Assembly (NCBI RefSeq): GCF_964204645.1
Contig: NC_134034.1
Location: forward strand, 7,886,962 to 7,950,961
From: Tubulanus polymorphus
Lineage: Eukaryota; Animalia; Nemertea
Direction: 5' to 3'
DNA length: 64,000 nucleotides
Shown in pieces: positions 52,009 through 64,000 of the stretch. The notes beneath the pieces are model-generated. The model ran no database searches. It saw only the letters and a program-made list of their open reading frames with translations, and was not told where the DNA came from. Numbering within the stretch: the stretch's first letter is position 1; each line of letters begins with the position of its first letter. The position numbers and the translations under genes are program-made.

Positions 52009-55000
52009 CTACCACCGACTATAACATAATATAAGCATAGTTCCGCATTAAAGGTAGCCTAGATATAAATCATTGATATGTGTACAGAATGGTTGGAAGT
52101 CCATGTATATCGAACCTCTCAATGACACCTGAATTTTTTAATGATTAATCACCATATAAAGTTGCACGAAGTAGATTTTTTTCGGTCATTGGATTTATCC
52201 TTTATCCCTGTTGTATTGGCTGTTATCATCATTTATTTATTGACCATTCTTTTGTCTTCAAATCAAGTTCTTACAGTTAAATAGACTATCAATATTACTC
52301 TTAGAGCCCTGAAAATACGTACGTAGATTTGTGCTACTCTAAAATCTTTTCAATAACTTTTTACAGTTTTTGTATGACAAATATCCATTAAAAGTAGTGA
52401 GATCCTACCGTTATCGCGAAGTTTCCCTGTCACTGTGATCATCTGAAGTAGTATTTTATTCGAGTAAACGGCGAGAAACTGATGACCTACGTTTGTGTTA
52501 ACTTTCCGAATCGCTGTATGAATTTGGTTCTATGAATAGTCCTTTATTAGTGGAATATTTGTTGCCTGGAAAGTTTAACGCTGACTCAGTTACGTAACCA
52601 CGATCTATTCCAACGATTTCCGCATTATATGCGGTTGACGTGAATCTCGCGAACATTCATGAAGAAAAAAATATAAACTAAGGTCGTAAATAAAAACATT
52701 GCCAAACGAATGAGCGCGCTAGATCAAAATCGCAGCTTTTGAAAGCCATTTCGAATACTTCTGCCAACCGTAGCAATCATCTTGATATATTTACAAATTG
52801 ATTTATATATCTTATCGTTTTAAACCTCTGAACTTACAAGTTTGCCGACTAAATATATTGCATTTTAGCTTCGCAGTCGATGTCTGCATCTAGAAGCTGC
52901 AGTTCCTGTGTTCAATAGTTAAATCGCTCTCATATACAGCAAGGACATCCACTCTCCCTCGTAACGCTCAGTGGATTTAACGCAGCAAACCAAATTTTGC
53001 CAAGGTCTACCATATGATATGCCACAGACTACGTTACTATAAAACAACGATGAATGAACCCGAAGAAGAAATATATGCTGCATGATTAAACTACAATGTT
53101 CTCCCGCGATGTCGTGTTTATTTCAATGTATAGGCTATTCAATGTTACACACCACTTGTTCAATAAATTGATAAGATATCGATTTTTTGTGATAACACAC
53201 ATAGTCTGGATATTTCGAATTAATTAAAAATCAAATCCCCATCTATTCCTATCCAAGCTATCGTGGAACATAGCCTCCTGGTCTAAAATTGCCCGGCTTT
53301 TCCAACCCCAATAATCTTACAGTCGCTCCAATAAGAATGAACACATTGATGTATGGTATCATGCTGTAATACCGCAAACACGTTTATATTCTTAAGGAAA
53401 AAGAGGGGAAACACACAATTAACATCAGTTTACTGTACAAACAAAAGAAACCGTTTAAATAATCATATATAGCTAATTAGTACACATATCATCAATCATT
53501 TGCCACACAATGTGCCTCTCATTCGCGTCATTTTTTCAACGAAAATGCGTAATTTAGGAAATTGTGTATTGCTCCAGCTACCCGGGCGTCACTATCCTGA
53601 ACTTGGGACATGGAGGAAGGCTCGAGAGATCGCATATCCGGGTCATGATAACGCGAAATGAAATTAATTTTGTGACTAAATGCTGATCCTCTACCTGACT
53701 CGACAGCTAAATTACTGCATGTATCCAGAATAACATTACCAGAGTTTTTTTATACTATTGGAAAATAGCTGTAGGTGTGATACGTTTCAGCATTGTACAC
53801 TAATTAACCATGATTGGGACTTCGGAACAGGCGAACATTATTCGAAAATCAGGTAACGGTGGAGGGCGGGAGGTCAAAAAGGCAACTCGTACATGATTCC
53901 TAAATTCTTATAAAATTCTGAAAACCACACACGTCAGTTGTATCGTGTCTCATGCAAAGAAAAAAATATGCGCACTCTGGCATCGAAAATTAGCACCTCG
54001 TCTCTTTTTTTATAGAAATTTAAATCCGCACGCCTGCATCACGCACCAACGTTTTGCAGTTGTCTTTTCAAATTGTTTTGCTGGACGTAGGTCGTTAAGT
54101 GTTATCGGTGGCCAAATTCAAAGGCCTAGGGTGAATATCCTTTACGATTTTGTCGATAGAAATTACAATCATCCTACCTCTTCTCCTGAAAAAAAGGGAT
54201 GTGTTTTATATCAACCGTTGTATTCAATTTTTTTTTAATAAATTCGACGGCTCTATAACATATAGAAATATGTTATGATAAGAAATTAGAAATCAACTTT
54301 GAGTCGCCAATCATCATTTTTACTTTTACTTTATATCTTTTATCGAGAAATATATGTCATGTTTAATAAGAATATTCGCCGCTAGTCCAGCATACTGCAT
54401 TCTAGTGTGAGTCTAGAGTTATACGCTGCGTTCTTCGGCCTGTGTTAATAGCAGTTGGCCGCCGACGGTCAACAGCTAGAGTAAACTATGAGTAGAGGAG
54501 GCAACTTGATGACCATTCAAATGTAAATTATCTAGATAACTATATAAATTGGTTGGACGTAATTTGGAGAACACATCGCGGTTATTGGATGGGTCTTTTA
54601 TGTTGATGTGACGATTCTTTTGTCCTAAATAACGTTGGGAATGTTTTTGATCTGAGAATATGGATCTAATCTGAAACGATTTTTTAGTGAAACGATATTG
54701 CTACGATATCTCTCCACCAAAGTGAAACGATTTTATACAGTGTGACGATCTCTCTCGTCGACGTCTCCGTTTTATCTTTCGACGGTGTCTTTGCCGGCGC
54801 ACACGACCCATTTTTTAGTCGCCGGTTGCTACAACCTATTTTTAAGCAACCGTTCAGCAATCGATCGCTTGGTGTCACCCGTCTCCTACCACTGGCGACA
54901 GACAAGCTATTATCTTTCCTGCCAAACATCTGTATCATGTGATTTGTCAAGATGACCGCGCCTTTGCCTCGGAGTCACCGTATTTGGAAGTATCACATGA

Positions 55001-55886
55001 TAATTATTCGCTCTCTCATTGGCTAGTTGATGAGTCGCTTGTCGCTAGGTGTATCCAGCTACCGTACACGGGCAACTCCCGAGCGATCGGTGAGCAATTT
55101 GTCGGCGACAAGCAAATCTCTATCAAACATGTTTGCTATTGGGCGACGAGGAGCAAATCCTTTCGACAACGAGCAATCGCTGTCTCCCGTTGCCGCAGAC
55201 GAGCGATTTTTTTCTTTCGACGATTAGCAAATCGGCCGATTGCTCGAGAATTGCTCGAAAACGTCGCCCGTGTGCGATAGGCTCGTATAATATGTTTTAT
55301 CTAATGTAGATGAAAGCAAAAACCGTTACAATAATTGTAACGTTTTTTACGGCATCAAAAAAGCATGGAGCTTGACGAAACAAATTGAAGCGATTTATAC
55401 AAGAAGTAGTTGAATGAAAGTATAGTTAGGCTGAACCTGACAACACATAATAAGTGCTAGCATCGAAATTTGATTATTTCGATTTTATTTTTGGTGTCAT
55501 TGAAATTCGTAAATAAAGAATCAACTGTCATTGTACTTAGCATAGCTTCGATTGGGTTTCATATTTCTACATTTTCTACAAGGAGGCCTTAAAGAGTCGT
55601 CCCCGGGTAGAGGTCAAAACTTGGTTTACTTTCTCAAGTTGCTGGAGACTACATGGTTGCAAAGTATAGGGTAGACGATGCACTGCAAACTGATTTAGCT
55701 TTTGGATTAAAATCATGACCTTAAAATCGCCTGACTAATACATACAAATGTATACACCGTAGTCGGTCCCAAATTCGTCACGTTTAACACACTGGACCTC
55801 AGATTCCAACCGCGCGATTAACACCTTAATGATTCTTCTATAACGGTACTGATTCTTATCATCTCTCCTGTTCTACATACAATCGA

Positions 55887-57008
55887 TTGATGCTTGAAAA
55901 AAGAATTAATATCGGATCTATGATTCGTCTGAAATTTGAATGCATCAGGGGCCATCAGTTTTCCTGGGATTCACAACCATTAATAAACAAAGAACCTCTT
56001 GGAAATACTATTTTCCCTGCTGCTATTGTATTAAGTGGTAACACTTATCAGAATATTTCAGATTTTGCGTCTTTTATGAATTTATCTATCATTGGTTCAA
56101 CAAAATACTTTCATGCTCAAGATGTTTATTTATCACCCCTTATCAATGCATTTTGGCTGGAAAACCGTTTGTCTGTTATTCAAGCTGTTAAAAATTTGCC
56201 GAAAATTGTTCTAAGTGGGGATGGACAATGCGACAGTCCAGGGCATTGCGCTAAATACTGTGTTTATTCATTCATGTCGGAAGATAGTAAGGTACTGGAC
56301 ATTCAGTTGGTGCAAGTAAGTGAAGTAAAGAATTCCCAGGGTATGGAGAAGGAAGGATTTTTGAGGGGGATGAAAGCCCTTGGAGATGCAGGGATAAATC
56401 CTAGTTCTATTTTCACTGACAGGCATATCCAAATAGAAAGTGTGATGAATAATACGTTTTCTCACATAAGTCATCAATTCGATATGTGGCATTTTGCTAA
56501 GTCAATACTTAAAATGATTAACAAGAGATTGAACCAAAAGGGAAATGAGTTGTTGGAAAAATGGAAACAGTCGGTTATAAATCATTTGTGGTGGTGCGCA
56601 TCAAGTTGTGATGGAGATGTCCAAATCCTTAAGGAAAAATGGGTGTCTTTACTGCATCATGTAGTAAATAAACATAGATGGAAAATTGGTTCAGTGTACC
56701 ATGAGTGTGCCCATAGACGCCTTATTCGTAAACAAGTAAAAGAAACAGAGTGGATGACGAAAAATAGTCAGTCCTTTGAATCTTTGAAATCTATCGTATT
56801 AAATACAAGAATTTTGAAGCATATCGCTAAATTAAGTGAATTCTGTCATACAGGGCCTGATAAAGGCAAAAAACGGTTCAGGTTTGAATGTACGAAAAGA
56901 AAAAAGGATTGGATTTGTCGTCCCATTATGGAAAAAAAATCATATCAATACGTTCACAATATTTTGTTGGAATATTTACATCAAAAAAAAATAATTGTGG
57001 TAGATTAG
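55887..57008 (+). pseudogene. Kolobok-type DDE transposase, internally deleted
   Basis: SGDGQCDSPGHCAKYC, FTDRH, HQFDMWHFAK, NHLWWC, HHVVNKHRW..CAH; sequence appears to jump at FCHTG|PDKG where the third catalytic residue is expected. Confidence 0.78.
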
Positions 57009-57332
57009 TTCTTGTTGAAGTTTTAAACCCGAAAAAGCACATTTGTCAAAAGCGCCTGTACCAAGACCAAATACAGAAGAGTTGGTAAAAAACAGAATTT
57101 CTCGTTTTAAGAAGGAGTAATATCCTATAGAAGCTTTTTATTAATGAAATTAAACTTGGATGTGTATTTTTTAAAGTCAAATTCGACACCCGCTTGTAGA
57201 TATAAGAAATAATAAACCATTGACATTGAATATCCAATAACAACTCTTGTTGACTTACTTATGGATTTATTTCATACACAAAGAATGTATAAGGATTATA
57301 AGAATTATTCATCAAATAACTTAAAGCCGACG

Positions 57333-58028
57333 TTAACGTATTTTTGCTACAACACATGCTGGTATCACTTGTCTGTTGTGTTTGCCCAAACGATCATATA
57401 TCCAGAGAATGAATTGTCTGTATGCTGCTAGTCTCATTGATCTGAAAAGTTTCATTCATTTTATAACACCATATTTCTTGATCTAGATAACTTAAGAATC
57501 TCTTGACTGTTTCTTTTTTACTCACTTGTTTGGAGCTGGATTATCGGGTACTGGATTGTGATAAAACTGACAAATCATCAGCAATGCCAGGCATACCACA
57601 ACATCATTGACACAAACATTTTCAAAATTTCCACATTCAGTGACACAGTTCTGTTCCTCGCTTAGATTAAGTTTTTCACGCAAATGGTCCCATTGTTCAC
57701 GGCAACAAAAACTCTCCCTCTCAGTAGGCATTAATTGGCAATTTCCACAGAGACACCAAAACATATCACCGCTGCGGTCTGCTCCCTGGGGCTGGGCAAT
57801 ATCCTGACCCGGATCCGGGATGAACTGGTTTTCATCATCGTCGTCAGTACTGCTGCCTGAAGAGCGACTGACTCGCGGTTCATACATGAATGGCTGAATA
57901 GCTGCTGCTGCATCATTCGCACGTATTATTTCATTGGGCCCAGCTGAGCTCTCATCACTACTGCTGTCCGAAAAACTGTCATAATTGTTGCTTTTAGATG
58001 AAGATAATCTTTTGTCATTGGCCGCCAT
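57333..58028 (-). CDS. KolX / P2X7 ballast-domain-like Cys-rich protein, two exons (58028-57526, 57441-57333)
   Basis: WCLCGNCQLMPTERESFCCRE..CVTEC..FENVC; 84-nt GT-AG intron; exon 2 MRLAAYRQFILWIYDRLGKHNRQVIPACVVAKIR*, probably slightly truncated. Confidence 0.8.
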
Positions 58029-58264
58029 TATTGTGAACCACAGCAACTGATAGATCGCGCAAATCGTGTGGTGTCTTCTTAACCCAGATTGAAACTGCGC
58101 AAACTGCGCTGAGACGCCGCACCGTGACGTCACAGCTCTATCGCTATGCGCGGAAAGATGGCGGCACCCACGCGAGATTACAAATTATTATTTACTCATT
58201 ATTTAATTTATGATTTGTTTAACTTTCAATAAACGAACAAAAAATCTCAAGGTGGAGTTCCCCT

Positions 58265-60090
58265 TTGATAATTCTGTTACATTAAAATCATCATGTGTTT
58301 TATAAAATGAATAAGGACTTGCGCCTTTATATCTCAATAATTTAAAATCTTGTTCATTTGGATAATAATGTTGAGTTATTATAAAATCATTATCAACTAA
58401 ACTTTTTGCTAAATTATCTAATGAACTTGCGAGCAATCTATAAGAATCTAAAAATCTAATGCAACCAAATTGAAATGAAATATAATTTTCAGATGTCTTA
58501 GCTAATAGTTTAAAATTAACATTTATTACTGCTTTTGTTGTAAATGGTAATCTAATATAAGATGATGCTTTAATATCCTTTTCTGTTGTAAAGTCTGAAT
58601 CATTTTTAAACATTTTATTACTTTTTGATGTTTCATTTCTTTTTGTATTATAAACATTTAAATCTAAAAATATAATTTCATTTAATGATAAGCCAGAACC
58701 TTCAAAATATATTTCCTCAATATGACGTTTAAATTCATAAAATATTTTTTCTAATTTCTCTTTTATTTGTGTTTTTGAAATTATTTCTTCAGAGTGTGTT
58801 TGAATTTTATGATCCATTTTTTCTTCTAACTTTATGAAACTTACTTTCCCAGAGATACTAATTTTTGGATATTCAACATCTGTTACCAAATCTAGTATTT
58901 TTTCCATGATTTCAATAAATTTACTATAATCTTCTATTGTTGTACCTTTAAAAAATCTAAATATAATAGCTGCCGGACCAATTTTTACTACGTAATGTTT
59001 CTAAAATTTCAATTATATCTTTTATTTCTAGTGAATCGATATAATTTCTAACATTTTCCATGTAAGGTTTATTTGAAATAGATTTAGTGTTCGAAACTGG
59101 TTTTTTTACTTGTTGAGTTTTATCATCAAAATAATCTGCTCCTAAAACGTTATTACTTAAATTTTGTTTGTGTTTATGCGATTCGGGATGTCTTTTATAA
59201 TTCCTTTTTGCTATAAATTCATTACAAACTTCACATTTTATTTCATCCACATTCATATTTCTAATCGTTCTTTTCTTTCATTGGAATTTTCTGGAGTTTC
59301 AAAATCTATAACATTTTTTATATGATTTGCAGTTTTTTCATGACGCGGTTTTTGAGATTTATCGATGAATTTTTTACAATCTGAACAATAATATTGATTT
59401 TTATTAACATCATTTCTATCTGTCTGGAACTCTCTATCTCCCATTTTATAAGAAAAAATATTTCTTGTGGTGATGATGAGTGGGGCGCGGTTACTGTCCC
59501 CCCTGTATATAGCAAACACGCTATTAACCGTTCTCGTCCAAGCCTCGCTGCATCTATCTAACCGAGCATGGCTGGTTGCACAATCACTGTACTACAGTAA
59601 TAGCAAACGCGCTAATAACCGTTCTCGTCGTTAGCGCCTTGCTGCATCGATCTATCCAAGCGCAGCTGTTGTTACGCTCACTCACTGTATACGTATAGCA
59701 CAACGCTGTTGACCACTCTCCATTGCTCACTCTCCTGAACCCTCTAGCTTACTCATATAAACTCTCCTGAAATTATCAAAAATCATCAACTTTGTTTCTT
59801 CATTTCCTTTTCTTTTTTTCCCTGGGTGCTTGCGACAGCGGCCTAAAGGCTTTGCTTGGCCCACACTGAAAGCTACTGTTCTCTCTCTCTTTTTATAATT
59901 GTGCTTTGTTTAAAAAAATTGTAAATTTTATTGTTTGTTTTCTCTCAACCTGTGTACAAAGCCTGTCATGCTTTCTGTGAAATTAATTAAACTTAAATTT
60001 GAACTTTGAACTTGACCGTTCTCGTTAGTGCCTAGCTGTGGTGTGTCGACCTCTCGACCTCTGGTATGAAACCCCACTTTTACAATTACT
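58265..60090 (-). mobile_element. Polinton-like element E4: internally deleted pPolB N-terminus (start ~59444) plus right terminus
   Basis: Closely similar to E3 (YPKIS..GSGLSLNEI..ASSYIRLPF; ENYISFQFGCIRFLDSY); ends TCGACCTCTCGACCTCTGGTATGAAA..CAATTACT at 60090. Confidence 0.82.
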
Positions 60091-60385
60091 TGAGCTCTTC
60101 AAAGACGTCGATGCCACATCAAGTTCGAATCCCGACAATGCAATAATTTTGTTACCTATAATTCCCTCTTTGTGATTAAAGTAAATTAACGTTCATTGAA
60201 TATACGTTGTTAAGGTCGTTTTCAAAGTTGTCATAGTTCAAACATATGTACAATGTGTAAACTGTAACTAATAAATGAAAACAAAAAAATCTTTTTCTAA
60301 AAATCGTTGTTCATTTCTGAATGCAAATTCCTCACTTAACAAATTGATGCATAAAAGTAGACCAACCTACCGGTAGTATTAACGA

Positions 60386-60449
<64 letters not shown>

Positions 60450-60456
60450 TAATAAT
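60386..60456. repeat. (AAT)n microsatellite
   Basis: Read directly. Confidence 0.98.
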
Positions 60457-60599
60457 ATTACTTTATTTTCCCTCGAATTATATACATTAACACGATTATA
60501 TACATACAAAGTTATATAAAAGAATACAAGGTATGTTATATGTAAGTGTCATCATGGGCGCATAGACTTATGTGTGCAAGGCCCCTTACATTCATACCA

Positions 60600-61870
60600 C
60601 ACTCAGACGTAAGATTATTTTTACTAGTAGAATTACAAGTGATATAAGGGAAACATTCGTTACACAACGCTGAAAAATCAGACATAAATGAATTATAAGC
60701 AATTTGAGGATCATAGTTGTTGTAAAGTGCTGACCAGTCACAAGCTAGTAACCGTCTTTCAAATTTTGCCTTATTACGGCAGTTAAAATTCCGAAATTTT
60801 GCTGCTAAATTGCTTTTCTTAGTTACATACTGATCACTCTCAGTAAAAACCGGGAAATGGTCGGAAATATATGTGCAGAGAATGCCACTAGTAAATATAC
60901 TATCTACATCATTACAAAAAATATTATCAATGACAGTAGCTGAAGTGTTATTTATTCTTGTGGGTTTATTTATCAATGGGAATAATGAATAGGTCGTGAT
61001 ACTGTCGAAGAAAGTTTCAGTTTGCTTATGGGTACCAAGTTTAAGTAAATCGATATTGAAATCTCCCGTAATATAAACTATCTTGTTTTCATTGTTGATT
61101 TTATCTAAAATTAATCTAAATTCATTAGTAAAATCATTTACACTAAGATCTGGGGTCTATAGACTATACCGATGATTTTGTTTTTCTGTTTTCCAAAGTC
61201 AATTTCAAGAAAAAGCGATTCAAATAGAGATATATTTCCCGAAAGATCGGTTCTAACTTTGGCTTTCAATGTACTTTTATAGTAAATAGCTACTCCACTA
61301 CCGGGATCCCGACCGACATTTTCGCGGTTCTTGAATATATTATTGTATCCAGATAAATTATATAATCTGTTATTATCAACATTGTCCCTGGTCCACGTTT
61401 CAGTGAGACCTATGACAGAAAAGTTAGTCTTAATACAATTATTTATATAGGCGTCGAAATTATCGAAATCTTTGCTACAACTCCGTAATGTTAAAAGTAC
61501 ATAACAAAAATTTGTTTTCTTGGCGAATAAATGACATCTCATCATAATATTGACAGTTATTTGTAATGGACATAAATTACACAGTTGTAATAGGCGAATC
61601 CATACACGCCAAAATTGTATCTTTTTTGGCTGTTTGTAGATCACTGGGGCTGATATCAGTCGATGATGTCTCGCTGCGCGATCGTTTCTTGGATTGTTCG
61701 AGTAATCCAAGCGCATTCAGGAATGTGCGCGTCAGGAGGGAAGCACCCTCAACTCCGATATGCACACCGGTTTTATCGTCATTGTCATATAGCGCACGGG
61801 TAACAGTGAGATTTGGTCGGAAAATAGCATCATTATCGATAAAGTTAAGTATAATAAGTAACAGAGAAGT
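60600..61870 (-). mobile_element. CR1-type LINE fragment: end of ORF1 (esterase-like) and APE endonuclease
   Basis: GLTETW, GSGVAIY, GIVYRP, GDFNIDL, PTRI..IDNIF, ISDHFPVF; upstream LYDNDDKTGVHIGVEG resembles the SGNH DxxH block. Confidence 0.85.
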
Positions 61871-62039
61871 AATAGTTAGGTGCATCTTGTTATATTATCT
61901 TTAGTTGTAGATATTTCGGCCATTTAGCCTTCTTCGGTTATACAACAACAAACTGCTACAGTTATCAGTTACATAGACTTCCATGGAAACACATGTCCAT
62001 AGTAACGAGATATGATAAATCAGAACAAATTTAATACAT

Positions 62040-64000
62040 TCAATTTTCACATTTAGATAAATACATTTATGACCGTTTATATGTATCGTCTTTCTGATTT
62101 AAACCATATGGTTGTAGGGTTCCTAGGTTTTCAATGAGCTGGGATTCTTTAATTCTTCGTTTATGTGTGTTATCAATTGTTATTAGAGCCATTACTGTTA
62201 TATCATTAATATCATGACCGTTGGAGTTGAAATGTTTACTAATGGGTTTAGAGGAAATTTTTTCCGAATAAGACGCAAATGTTCTCTGAAACGATCACAT
62301 AGTCGACGGGATGTTTCACCGATGTATTTCATGTTACATCGAAGGCAAAGAATGCAGTAAATTAAATTATCACTAGTGCATGTGAATGAACGACGAATTT
62401 GAAATTCAAAATTGTTACCATAATGTGACTTGAATTGCATACATAAGGGCATGTAAAACATCTAGTTCTTTGACAGGTAAAAGTACCAGGTACTTAATCG
62501 TCAGATTGGTTTATTTTCGCGCGAACTAATTTGTTTCATATATTCTGATCGTTTTTGAAAGTGGTTATTATGTTGTTATCAAATAGTTGACCTATATGTT
62601 CATCATTCGTTAGTATGTTTTTAAGTTATCGCGGATGAATTTAGCTACCTTCACATTATATTCATTATATGTGAGAATAAGGGGTATACAGGCTTTGTCG
62701 ATATCTTTAATTTTGGGTCTAAGGGCGTCTTCTCGTGAAATATTCTCGCATTTTTTTAATGCTGAATTGATTATTCGTCGTGGATAATTGTGTTGTTCAA
62801 AAAACGATTTCATTTCTTCGGCTTTAGCTAGAAAGTCGTGATGATTTGAGCATACTCGTTTTAACCTAAGAAATTGCCCGAAAGGAATATTGTCCTTGAT
62901 TTTGTGGGTGTGATTCGATTGATAGTTTAGGTATGAATGAGAATCCGTATCCTTATAATGTACGGTTGTTATAATGTGTGAAGACACAATAGATACCGTA
63001 ATGTCTAGAAAGTTGGATGGATTGCTTATAGCGGAGGTGACTTTGATGGCAGGGTGAAAAGAATCAAAACTTTCTAGTTCGTTAATGGGCATGTTTGTTA
63101 TGCCAAAAATTTCGTCAATAAAACGTTTGTAGATATAAGGGACGCTCCCTACATAATTGTTTAAGAATCTTTCTTCTAAGTGTCCCATGAAAAGGCAGGC
63201 TATGGAAGGACCAAATTTGGTTCCCATACAAATACCTGATGTTTGGCGGTAAAATGAGCCATTGAATTCAAAGCAGTTGGGTTTTAGGACTAGTTCAGCA
63301 AGTCTTAATAAGGTGGTTGGGGGGGGGGTATGGTATATTAGTATTTTTCTCAATATAATACTTTAAGGCGACAAGGGCATCGTTATGTGGTATTACGGTG
63401 TACAATGATTTGACATCCATAGTGAACAATAGGCTCTCATGGTAAACAGGTAGATCTTCGATTTGATTCAAAAAATTGGTGCTGTCTTTTATATATGAGG
63501 GTAATGTGCGTACGATGGGTTTGCAGATGTCATCTAAAAATTCTGAAATATGTTCAGTGGGGCAATTATATGCTGATACAATTGGTCGTCCGGGGTTGTC
63601 TATTTTATGGATTTTAGGTAATAGATAAAATACACTAGTTCTAGGTTTTTTATTAATTAGAGATACTGCGGATTCAGGGAGGTTGCCTTTTTTTATTTCA
63701 TCAGATACTACCTTATCAACATGTTTATTATTAGACACAGTTGTATCTCCGTTTAGACGTTCATAATATAGTTCATTAGAGAGCTGTTGGTTAGCTTCAT
63801 TGAGATAAAGGTCATTTTGCCATACCACAATCGCTCCTCCCTTGTCGGCTGGTTTGATGACAATGTCAGTTCTTTTTTGAAGTGAACGTAGCGCTTCAAT
63901 CTCGTCTCTGGATATGTTCTTTCTGTTGGTCGATTCACATTGTATGCTGTCAACTTTGGCTTTACAGCAGCTAATGAATTTGTTTACAGCTTCAGACGAT
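62040..64000 (-). mobile_element. Penelope-like element (RT plus GIY-YIG), frameshifted, continuing off the window end
   Basis: PADKGGA, YLLPKIHK..PGRPIVS, MDVKSLYT, GICMG, RFIDE, NLIYCILC..C..KYIGET....RFREH, LGTLQPYGLN. Confidence 0.93.

Larger units (their letters stand above)
55870..58264. mobile_element. Kolobok DNA transposon (left part not identified), inserted into the PolB of E4
   Basis: Convergent transposase and KolX genes; right end GGTGGAGTTCCCCT followed by TTGA (TTAA-like), then PolB sequence. Confidence 0.75.

Noticed and set aside
54680-55285. ORFs in the GTCGCC/GGCGAC-rich stretch
   Set aside because: Looks like a MITE remnant; no recognisable protein and only one plausible end, so not annotated.
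57333-58133. P2X7 purinoceptor host gene
   Set aside because: Only the ballast-like domain, no channel or ectodomain; lies within a Kolobok element.

Overview
AT-rich, repeat-dense animal (invertebrate) genomic DNA. There is one clear host gene: a three-exon myostatin/GDF8-11 (myoglianin-type) TGF-beta ligand on the minus strand (exons ~51942-51282, 37387-36972, 36826-36446; ~485 aa), with a 13.9-kb TE-filled first intron. Most of the rest is decayed mobile DNA: two Gypsy and two BEL/Pao LTR elements, CR1-type and other LINE fragments, a Penelope element, a Kolobok element (DDE transposase plus KolX/P2X7-ballast-like gene), Harbinger-type MITEs, Helentron-type elements, a tRNA SINE and a 1.7-kb foldback. 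The standout is a family of Polinton/Maverick-like, protein-primed PolB virus-like elements, seen as five pieces, three of them nested. (i) Their ends are AGTAA...TTACT with a shared TCGACCT-n-(T/A)CGACCT motif, and two of them end in 122-128-nt self-complementary palindromes. (ii) A 2.7-kb polymerase-less element with ~970-bp inverted arms, resembling a copy-back genome, sits inside the PolB gene of a larger element with a 5/6-matching 6-bp TSD. (iii) Their tightly packed, membrane-protein-rich genes nearly all start at a T-run + TAAATG motif like a poxvirus late promoter. By inference this could be an endogenised virophage-like hyperparasite with its own defective satellite. All calls were made by eye without database searches; element boundaries are approximate unless a TSD or terminus is quoted.
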